A DNA stretch of 64,000 bases from assembly GCA_963697175.1 (NCBI GenBank), contig CAVONC010000028.1:19718-83717 (forward strand), read 5' to 3'. A program made the position numbers and the translations under genes. The notes beneath the pieces are model-generated. The model saw only the letters and a program-made list of their open reading frames with translations, ran no database searches and had not been told where the DNA came from. This stretch comes from an uncultured Acidobacteriaceae bacterium (lineage in GTDB: Bacteria; Acidobacteriota; Terriglobia; Terriglobales; Acidobacteriaceae). Below, one piece after another: positions 1-6,921 of the stretch (the first letter of the stretch is position 1; each line of letters opens with the position of its first letter).

Positions 1-153
1 ATGGCCGCCGGCTTCACTAGGATTCGCCCATCCGTTCGGAAGTCGAAGTCGCGAAAAGTAACTTACCGCTCCCGTGAGAAGTCGGCTAGAATCACAGCAG
101 TATCTGCGGTGCGGGCCATTGCGCCCCGTGAGCGTCAATCAGCGGAGCCACTC

Positions 154-423
154 GTGATCAAACTCGATCTGATTAACGAAGTTGTTACCAAGACCGGCGT
201 CACCAAGACCAAGGCGGAGATGGCGGTCGAAACCGTGTTCGAAAGCATGAAGAAGTCGCTAGCCAAAGGCGATCGCATTGAGCTGCGCGGCTTCGGCGTC
301 TTCACCGTGCGGCCGCGCAAGACCGGCATCGGCCGCAACCCGCGCACCGGCGCTGAGGTCAACATTCCGCCCGGCAAGGCCGTCCGCTTCAAGCCCGGCA
401 AGGAGTTGCAGTCGATCGAGTAG
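154..423 (+). CDS. HU/IHF-family DNA-binding protein (IHF-like)
   Basis: There is an in-frame GTG at 154 inside ORF 1..423. The product IKLDLINEVVTKTG...GDRIELRGFGVFTVRPRKTGIGRNPRTGAEVNIPPGKAVRFKPGKEL carries the HU/IHF beta-arm signature (RNPRTG). The ORF upstream of 154 is Arg/Ser-rich and looks untranslated. Confidence 0.85.
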   Translation: MIKLDLINEVVTKTGVTKTKAEMAVETVFESMKKSLAKGDRIELRGFGVFTVRPRKTGIGRNPRTGAEVNIPPGKAVRFKPGKELQSIE

Positions 424-530
424 TGGTCAGTGCTGCAGTGCCAGTCAAGGCAACGACCTGGCCGCTTGTGGCTGACTTGTCCGTCCTGCGATGTTCGCCC
501 GGAATCTTGTAGACTGGTATGGGCTGCTGG

Positions 531-559
531 CCACTAGTCACTGGACCACTAGCCACTGC
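531..559 (+). repeat. period-7 tandem array, CCACTRG-like (4 units)
   Basis: The array ccactag tcactgg accactag ccactgc ends 5 nt before the M50 start codon. Confidence 0.6.
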
Positions 560-564
560 TTTCC

Positions 565-1560
565 ATGTCTGATCCCACGCGGCCAGTCTCCTACACCTTC
601 GAAGTATCTTCCTATCCACAGGTCTTTGTTGCGGCGCCCTCGTACCGTCGGCCCTACTGGCTGCATGCTCTTCTGCTGCTGTTGACGCTGTTCACCACCC
701 TGGTCGTCGGCGCTCGGCTGCAATTCAACTTCATCCACGGCCTGCCGGCTTTCACCACCGACACTTACACTCTGCCGCTATTCCCTATACGCTGGATCTG
801 GCAGAGTCCCGCACGCCTGCTGATGGGTCTGCCATTCTCGCTGACGCTGCTTGGCATACTGCTCGCGCACGAGTTCGGGCATTTCATCGTCGCAGAGCGG
901 AACGGCGTCTACGCTACTCTCCCCTACTTTGTCCCCGCGCCCACGCTGATCGGCACCTTCGGCGCGCTGATCCGAATCAAGTCGCCCATCCGCTCGCGCA
1001 AGGCGCTCTTCGATATCGGAATCGCCGGTCCCATCGCCGGCTTCCTGGTCGCGCTGCCCGTGCTCTTGTGGGGACTGGCGCTATCGAAGCCGATGCCTCC
1101 CGATGCATCAGCTTCGGGACTGGAGTTCGGCTATCCGCTGATCTTCAGCCTCTTCCATCGCGCTTTGGCGTCTTACACACACAGCACCGCACCGCTGGAT
1201 GCGCTCTATCTGCATCCTGTCGGCATCGCCGCCTGGGTGGGAATGTTCGCGACCGCTCTGAACCTTTTGCCTGGCGGTCAGTTTGATGGCGGCCACATCA
1301 TCTATGCAGTGTCACCGCGATCGCACAAGTGGGTCACGAGAACGACCATCGGCATCCTCATTCCGCTGGGAATCTTCTTCTGGATGGGCTGGCTGGTGTG
1401 GGCGCTGATCCTCACCTTCACCGGCATGAGGCATCCCAATGTTCCGCAGTGGCCCGACCTCGGTCGCGAACGGCGCTGGCTCGCCTTAGCCGCAGTGCTG
1501 ATGCTGGCGCTCACGCTGGTTCTCGCACCGTTCCACGGAGCCGCCTTGTTCGGCAGCTAG
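565..1560 (+). CDS. M50-family (site-2 protease-like) membrane metalloprotease
   Basis: 331-aa polytopic membrane ORF with the zinc motif HEFGH (LLAHEFGHFIVAE) and a later LNLLPGGQFDGGH segment, both typical of peptidase M50. Confidence 0.8.
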   Translation: MSDPTRPVSYTFEVSSYPQVFVAAPSYRRPYWLHALLLLLTLFTTLVVGARLQFNFIHGLPAFTTDTYTLPLFPIRWIWQSPARLLMGLPFSLTLLGILLAHEFGHFIVAERNGVYATLPYFVPAPTLIGTFGALIRIKSPIRSRKALFDIGIAGPIAGFLVALPVLLWGLALSKPMPPDASASGLEFGYPLIFSLFHRALASYTHSTAPLDALYLHPVGIAAWVGMFATALNLLPGGQFDGGHIIYAVSPRSHKWVTRTTIGILIPLGIFFWMGWLVWALILTFTGMRHPNVPQWPDLGRERRWLALAAVLMLALTLVLAPFHGAALFGS

Positions 1561-1594
1561 CGCAGTAGACCAACTCAACCGGCACTGATCGAGA

Positions 1595-1990
1595 TCAACC
1601 GCTGCTCTTCTGATGGCACTCAGCGCACTTCACTGGTGCTGCCTTCCCGCTGGCGTTCTGCTCCTTGTGGCAATCGATGCACAGACCGCTTGTGGCCGCA
1701 GCGTTGTGAAACGCCCCGCGCAAGCCAGTGGTCACCGGCGGAGTAGCTGGATTGGTGTGGCAATCGGTGCAGGCTTCCTGTGAAGACTTAAGCGGCTTCA
1801 GCGGTTTGGACGCATGATGGCAGACGACACACTTGGCCGCGACCTGGAGGTGGGAAGTGTGCTCGAACTTGACCGCGCCGATCGTTCCGTCCTTCAGAAC
1901 GATGGGATGTTGCGGCGGCTGCTGCGCGATCAGGTTAACGCAAGCGAGGAGAGTGGAAAGACACCAGCGCATTCCTGTCAGTGCTTTCAT
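1595..1990 (-). CDS. secreted tetrahaem c-type cytochrome (class III, c3/c7-like)
   Basis: 131 aa with an N-terminal signal peptide. Four CxxCH haem motifs (CVVCH, CTDCH, CIDCH, CAECH) lie within about 100 mature residues. Confidence 0.8.
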   Translation of the reverse strand: MKALTGMRWCLSTLLACVNLIAQQPPQHPIVLKDGTIGAVKFEHTSHLQVAAKCVVCHHASKPLKPLKSSQEACTDCHTNPATPPVTTGLRGAFHNAAATSGLCIDCHKEQNASGKAAPVKCAECHQKSSG

Positions 1991-2133
1991 GACAGCTCCG
2001 AAGACGGCGATGCTTCCGGATAGGGTCTCAACGACAGCTCACCTGGGACACCCCGATTCTAGGACTCGGCGGATTGGCTTTCAGTGATGGCCGCGCCAGT
2101 CTTCTGTGATGCGCGGACACGCGAGACGCCGCT

Positions 2134-2805
2134 TCAGAAGCTATACCCGACTTCGAGGACAACGGTTGGCGTTATGTCCGGGTTGAAGACGTAGGTCGTG
2201 AACTCCATTTGCTTGAACGACACGCCAACCAGGAAACCACGCTGCGTGTCGAGCGGGGTTTCAAATGCCTTGGTGTGTTGCGCTACGCCTCCAACCTTTA
2301 GCCAGCTAAGCGGCGAGAAGGTCAATTCCGGCCAGCTGTAGAAGAAGCTGCCTGACTTCTCGGTGGTGTCGAACACGTATTCGTTCGAACTCGAAAACGC
2401 AAACTTCTTGTAGGTCAGCGAAAACTCGCAGCCCGGAGCTATGCCGGTGGTCCGCCCGAAGACCCCGCCGATCATGGGCGTGACTGCAAGCTGTAGCGTC
2501 TTGCCGGCGGTGAAGTTGTAGCCGGCCCATAGCGATCCCGTGTGCAGATTCTCGTAGTTGTAACGCGCTTCCAGGTGCAGCCACTTATGGTCGGCGGTGA
2601 GATACGGGTCAGCGTAGGAGTCGCCATCCGGCACGATGTAGCCGTCGACAGTTAACGAGTACTTCCACGCGTTGGCATTGGCCTGGTCGGCGTCGCTTGG
2701 AGTCTTCGCCGGCGGCGGGGCCGGTGCCGGCGTCTCCTGGGCCGGCAAATGACAGCTCCACAAAGTCAGCAACATCACGCCTGCGAGTTTGAGGATCGCT
2801 TTCAT
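2134..2805 (-). CDS. hypothetical outer-membrane beta-barrel protein
   Basis: I moved the start to ATG 2805 (MKAILKLAGVMLLTLWS..., a signal peptide). The sequence has an alternating beta-strand pattern and ends ...VVLEVGYSF with a terminal aromatic residue. The start overlaps the stop of the upstream gene by 4 nt. Confidence 0.55.
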   Translation of the reverse strand: MKAILKLAGVMLLTLWSCHLPAQETPAPAPPPAKTPSDADQANANAWKYSLTVDGYIVPDGDSYADPYLTADHKWLHLEARYNYENLHTGSLWAGYNFTAGKTLQLAVTPMIGGVFGRTTGIAPGCEFSLTYKKFAFSSSNEYVFDTTEKSGSFFYSWPELTFSPLSWLKVGGVAQHTKAFETPLDTQRGFLVGVSFKQMEFTTYVFNPDITPTVVLEVGYSF

Positions 2806-3494
2806 CCGCCCAGTGCAATGCAGAGCCCGATCATAATGCCGCCAATCGCGACCATCGACAACCCCCAACCCCAGGGACTGTGTCCGGCGTAGCGCCCGTA
2901 AGCGTGCCCGGCAAAGAACAGCATTACCAGGCCGATCACATCCGAGACGCGGCCGGCCACCTTGATATCGTGAGTGATCACGAAAGGTATCACGATTGGA
3001 AACGTCGAGAGAAACACCAGCAGGAAAACTCCCACCGCCCCGCGCCAATCGTCCCTGGTCAGCTTCGGTCGCGGCGGCATATCGGTCAGCTTGATCAGGT
3101 TCTGCCGCATTCCGTCGAGCGCTCCGGCAGGCAGCGCCGCGACCACAACCGGCGGCAGCTCATCCGCGATGATCTGATTGGCCTCCTCCGGTTGCGGTGC
3201 GCGGTGCAGCTTTCTGAGAATCGCGAAGTTGTGCCCGCGCACACTAACGCACGACATCAGGTACATGATCGCGTCGATCAGTCCCCAGGCCAGATTGCAG
3301 CCCAGCGCGCCAATCAACATCTCGCGCACTTGTGCGCGGTCGGCTCGCGCCACGCGCAGCGAGACCGTAAACGTGAGCACCATGATGACGCCGAACAGAA
3401 TCTCCGAGAGTCGCTCCAGCGGATCGAGCACCCGCTTGGAACTCTTGTTCTCGTCCTTCGTAACTTTGGCTGATGCAACGGCTGTTTCAGTCAT
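2802..3494 (-). CDS. VIT1/CCC1-like (Fe/Mn transporter family) membrane protein
   Basis: The start is ATG 3494 (MTETAVASAK...). LDPLERLSEILFGVIMVLTFT, GALGCNLAWGLIDAIMYLM and the C-terminal helices ending IALGG resemble VIT-family proteins. This assignment is from remembered family motifs only. Confidence 0.5.
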   Translation of the reverse strand: MTETAVASAKVTKDENKSSKRVLDPLERLSEILFGVIMVLTFTVSLRVARADRAQVREMLIGALGCNLAWGLIDAIMYLMSCVSVRGHNFAILRKLHRAPQPEEANQIIADELPPVVVAALPAGALDGMRQNLIKLTDMPPRPKLTRDDWRGAVGVFLLVFLSTFPIVIPFVITHDIKVAGRVSDVIGLVMLFFAGHAYGRYAGHSPWGWGLSMVAIGGIMIGLCIALGG

Positions 3495-3526
3495 GGTCGT
3501 GTTAAGTTTGGAACTCGCCCACCTCG

Positions 3527-3550
3527 CAAGGCAATATCTATTTTGCCTTG
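3527..3550. promoter_or_regulatory. inverted repeat CAAGGCAA-N8-TTGCCTTG, candidate operator in the VIT-operon leader
   Basis: The 8-bp arms are perfect. The repeat lies 33-56 nt upstream of ATG 3494 (minus-strand gene). It overlaps a -10-like GATATT downstream of a TTGCAT -35-like hexamer on the minus strand. The TGCCTTGG half-site recurs at 3630. Confidence 0.45.
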
Positions 3551-3584
3551 GGTATGCAAGTCCGGTCTGTGATGCACGGGCCCA

Positions 3585-3752
3585 TGAAACTTGAAACTCG
3601 AAACCTGAAACTCGAAACTGCCTTCTTGTGCCTTGGCCATGCAAATCCGGGCGGTGACGCGCGGCCGGGTTGCTCTGACAATCCGGGTTTTGAAACTTGA
3701 AACTCGAAACTCCGAAACTGCCTTTGAAACTCGAAACTCGAAACTTGAAACT
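3585..3752 (+). repeat. three blocks (3585-3619, 3691-3719, 3725-3752) of YGAAACT heptamer tandem repeats, 13 units, each block ending CTGCC
   Basis: Direct reading gives tgaaact tgaaact cgaaacc tgaaact cgaaact gcc; tgaaact tgaaact cgaaact ccgaaact gcc; tgaaact cgaaact cgaaact tgaaact gcc. Blocks 1 and 2 are each preceded by a TGCCTTGGnnATGCAArTCCGG module. Confidence 0.9.
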
Positions 3753-3842
3753 GCCTATTACGTTTCCAGCTTCCGCCCGTATATGTTGTTGACACTGGTT
3801 TTCGGGTCTCGCAGAATTGAGCCTGGCAGGAAAGGATCTGTG

Positions 3843-4682
3843 ATGCTCCTAGAAGAAGCGACCCCGGCGCCTGAACCTCGAGCGAGTAGCTTCGACAAAA
3901 GCTCCATCCTGATGTACGTCTTGCTGGCGGCTGCGGTGATTTACGTGGCTGCATCGCTGTACCTCATCTACGGGCTGAAGACAAAGCTCGTCGCACTGGA
4001 GCAGAAGCAGCAGGACATGGAAGCTTCCCAGGCGGACTTGGGCGAACGGTTGAACGCAACGTCAGCCGCATTCAAGCAGGAGCTAGCCTCCGCAACCGGC
4101 CAAACCGAACAGCAGATCGCCGCGCGCACTGCCGAGTTGGAGAAGGCGCAGAAGGCCGCTGCCGCCCGGCTCTCTGCCGAACAGCATCAGCAGGGCCAGC
4201 AGATTGCCGCGGTCAGCGGTGAGGTCAGCAGCGTGAAGACCGATGTCGGCGCAGCCAAGACCGATATTCAAAAGACGCAGACTGATTTAGCCGCGACCAA
4301 TCAGAAGCTGGAGAAAACCATTGGCGACCTCGGCCTGCAGAGCGGCCTCATCGCGCATAATTCGTCGGAGCTGGCCGAGCTGAGGCGAAAAGGCGAGCGC
4401 AACTATTACGACTTCACGCTGCAGAAGGGCGCGCGCACGCCGGTCTCGACTATAAGCCTGCAGCTGAAGAAGGTGGATGCGAAGAAGAGCCGCTTTACCG
4501 TTAACGTCATCGCCGACGATCGCACCATTGAAAAGAAGGATCGCACGGTGGGCGAGCCTTTGCAGTTCTATACCGGGCGCGATCACATGCTGTACGAGGT
4601 AGTCGTGTTCAACGCCGACAAGAACTCCATCACCGGCTATCTCTCGACCCCAAAGAACGCCCCCACCCCGGTGTCGCAGTAG
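3843..4682 (+). CDS. hypothetical membrane-anchored coiled-coil protein
   Basis: The start is ATG 3843. One TM helix (ILMYVLLAAAVIYVAASLYLIYGL) is followed by a Q/A/E/K-rich coiled coil and a beta-rich C-terminal domain. I recognise no family. Confidence 0.5.
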   Translation: MLLEEATPAPEPRASSFDKSSILMYVLLAAAVIYVAASLYLIYGLKTKLVALEQKQQDMEASQADLGERLNATSAAFKQELASATGQTEQQIAARTAELEKAQKAAAARLSAEQHQQGQQIAAVSGEVSSVKTDVGAAKTDIQKTQTDLAATNQKLEKTIGDLGLQSGLIAHNSSELAELRRKGERNYYDFTLQKGARTPVSTISLQLKKVDAKKSRFTVNVIADDRTIEKKDRTVGEPLQFYTGRDHMLYEVVVFNADKNSITGYLSTPKNAPTPVSQ

Positions 4683-4784
4683 GGCTCGCGGTGGGTGGAG
4701 CACCGCTTTCCGAGCCGGCTTCACCGGTCGCTGAAAAAGTCGTCCTGCAACCGGTTCGTAACAGGGCACGACTTCAGTGCCTGG

Positions 4785-4939
4785 GTGAGAACTAGGTTTG
4801 CAAAATCGTGGTGGAGCGTCGCGATGGTTGAACAGCCAACAAACCAGCGCCTCGGGCGCGAAATAGGAAAGCCCAGCGCTTCAGCGCTGGGTAAGTGGTA
4901 AAAGGAGTCAGAGTCCCCCGGGGACGACACGGTTCTCAC
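4785..4939 (+). mobile_element. MITE-like ~150-bp element with terminal inverted repeats GTGAGAAC...GTTCTCAC (copy 1)
   Basis: It is about 85 percent identical by eye to 14366..14503. Shared stretches include caaaatcgtggtgga.cgtcgcga, accagcgcctcgggcgcgaaataggaaagcccagcgcttcagcgct.ggt.agtggt and tccccggggacgaca.ggttctcac. It has no coding capacity. Confidence 0.7.
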
Positions 4940-5024
4940 GCAGACACTTCAGTCGTGCCGATACGCTGCCTAATTCTTATCCGAGCCGGCTTCCGCCGGC
5001 TGCTGAAAAAATCGATTGCGGAAT

Positions 5025-5135
5025 GTTTTGAAGGGGCGCAGCTTCAGCTGGCGCCGTTGCCAGTCTTTTGTTTTTGTCATCACGAGGAGGCCTTCAGGCC
5101 GACGAGGGATCTGCTTCTCGCCTTTTCAGCAGCCT
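5025..5135 (+). repeat. 111-bp dispersed repeat (copy 1) at the 3' side of the epimerase gene
   Basis: gttttgaaggggcgcagcttcagctg.cgccgttgccagtcttttgtttttgtcatc.cgaggagg..tt.ag.ccgacgagggatctgc...cagcagcct is nearly identical to 6024..6134. Confidence 0.85.
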
Positions 5136-6014
5136 ATTCCGCCGGCGGCACCGCGCACGTCCCTCATCGCCTCGTCCTCTGGCACAACTTCCCTGTATCC
5201 CAGCTCCGTGCGAATTCGCGCCGTGTCGTACGCAATGTCCTGCTCGAAATTGAACTTCGCATCCGCGTTGACCGGAATCTCCGACGGCGGCAGTTTCGCC
5301 AGTCCGTTCCGCAATCGTCGGCGTGTATTCCTCGCCGACGTTGTACGTCCTGCCGGCCGCTGCCGGATGCACCGCAGCCAGCACAATCGCCGCGGCCACG
5401 TTTTCTACATATCCGTGCGTCCATCGCCACTGCGGATGGTCGCGAAACGCGTAAACCGTCGCCAGATCGGAATTACTCTCGCGGCCGTAGACCTTCGGCA
5501 AGCGCAGAATCGTCGCCGGCAATTCGCGCTCGCTCGCCGCGATTCGCTCTACCAGAACCTTGTCATAGGTGTTGGCAATGTCGTCGGCAGCTTTCGCGTC
5601 GTCGCGATAGGGATACAGCACCGTTCGCAGCAGCGAGTCTTCCGTCAGCAACCCGGGCAGGACAGGCCCCGGCTCTGTTCCCGTGAATCGTCCATAAGCG
5701 AGATAGACATCGCCGCTGCTGATCCAAACCATCCGGCCCGTGTTGCCGCGAAAGAACTCGACAGCGGCCTGCGCATCAACTTCGCCCATCGCGACCATGT
5801 GGATCACAACGTCCGGCTGCGGCGTCAACAACTCCGCGGCAAAGCTGCGAACCAGCATCGACTCCTCGGTTCGCAGAACGTGCAGCACGCCTGCGGCAAG
5901 CTTGCTCTCGTATTTTCCGCGATGGTAGACAGTGACCGAGTGTCCGCTGTCGATAAGCTGGCGTACGACATACACGCCGATGAACCGTGTCCCGCCAATG
6001 ACCAGGATGTTCAT
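5126..6014 (-). pseudogene. NAD-dependent epimerase/dehydratase (SDR family), apparent frameshift near 5301-5310
   Basis: The N-terminus MNILVIGGTRFIGVYVVRQL is a Rossmann motif. The protein-like C-terminus (GLAKLPPSEIPVNADAKFNFEQDIAYDTARIRTELGYREVVPEDEAMRDV) lies in the frame of ORF 5126..5386. The tail of the original frame is Arg/Gly-rich nonsense running into a repeat element. Confidence 0.75.
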
Positions 6015-6023
6015 GTGCGATGG

Positions 6024-6134
6024 GTTTTGAAGGGGCGCAGCTTCAGCTGCGCCGTTGCCAGTCTTTTGTTTTTGTCATCCCGAGGAGGACTTTAGTCCGA
6101 CGAGGGATCTGCGGTTCGAGTCTCTCAGCAGCCT
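6024..6134 (+). repeat. 111-bp dispersed repeat (copy 2) at the 5' side of the epimerase gene
   Basis: It is a direct repeat of 5025..5135. Related shorter versions occur at about 14290-14345 and 18930-18990. Confidence 0.85.
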
Positions 6135-6159
6135 CTTTAGCCGCTGCTCGAAAAGCCCG

Positions 6160-6873
6160 CTATTTCCCCGCCGCACCCTTCTCGTGCACCACGATCGGCC
6201 CCTGGTCGTAGGGCTCAATGGTCACCGTCAGGTCTTTGCGCGCGTCAAACTGCTGCTGGGTCACGGGCAGCGAAATCATCACCGCACCTTTCTGCGTCGC
6301 CCCCGGCGCAATCTTCATCTCCACCTTGAGCGGCGCTGCGTGGCCGGACAGCGCCGGATAAGCCATGAGGTAGCGATCGTAATCCGTCGCCGCGGCCGCT
6401 CCATCCGACTGATCGCCCTGGTCGGTCATCACATCAGCCTTGATTTCTTTGATGTAGAGCGTCTTGTCGCTGACATTGTGCAGCGTGACCTCTACCAGAA
6501 TCATCGGGTTCGACATATTAGCCGGCTGGCTGAACCACACGCCGTCGATGCTGCCCTGCGCCGCCGGCTTGGCGCGATTGGTGTAGGCGATGATCGCGAT
6601 CACAATTGCCACCAGCACGATTGCAATCGCAACCGGCGCGGCCGGAGGCAGGTTACGCTTGGCTGTCCCGAACTCGTCGTAAGCGGGACCACCGGGCGTA
6701 GCGCCAGCCGATGGGTTCGCTTCGGGTTGCACTTCCCCAGTTGGCGGTGACGCGGCATTCGCCGGAGGCGTTGCCTTCCGTTGAATATCATCGCCAGCCT
6801 TCAATGCAGCTTCTTCAGCTGGCTTCGCCGGAGGCTCATTCGCTGTCTTAGGCAGATTCTCGTTCTCAGCCAT
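6160..6873 (-). CDS. hypothetical membrane-anchored protein
   Basis: 237 aa. A Pro/Ala-rich N-terminus is followed by a single TM helix (VAIAIVLVAIVIAIIAY) and a beta-rich extracytoplasmic domain. I recognise no family. Confidence 0.5.
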   Translation of the reverse strand: MAENENLPKTANEPPAKPAEEAALKAGDDIQRKATPPANAASPPTGEVQPEANPSAGATPGGPAYDEFGTAKRNLPPAAPVAIAIVLVAIVIAIIAYTNRAKPAAQGSIDGVWFSQPANMSNPMILVEVTLHNVSDKTLYIKEIKADVMTDQGDQSDGAAAATDYDRYLMAYPALSGHAAPLKVEMKIAPGATQKGAVMISLPVTQQQFDARKDLTVTIEPYDQGPIVVHEKGAAGK

Positions 6874-6893
6874 AAATCAATCCTGGTTTTACT

Positions 6894-6921
6894 TGAAACA
6901 CGAAACTTGAAACTCGAAACT
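6894..6921 (+). repeat. YGAAACW heptamer array (4 units)
   Basis: The array reads tgaaaca cgaaact tgaaact cgaaact. It overlaps the polX stop codon (6920-6922) and lies 21 nt from the start of the next minus-strand gene. Confidence 0.85.

Noticed and set aside
3495-3660. A yybP-ykoY type manganese riboswitch in the leader of the VIT-like gene
   Set aside because: Reading the minus-strand leader, I did not see the conserved riboswitch helices or loop sequences. The leader is instead made of the heptamer arrays and the CAAGGCAA inverted repeat. An Infernal scan would be needed to exclude it formally.
3585-3752. The heptamer blocks and REP clusters as possible CRISPR arrays
   Set aside because: The repeat unit is only 7 nt, or consists of irregular 30-110-nt hairpin elements. 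There are no regularly sized unique spacers of 25-40 nt, and there are no cas genes in the window.
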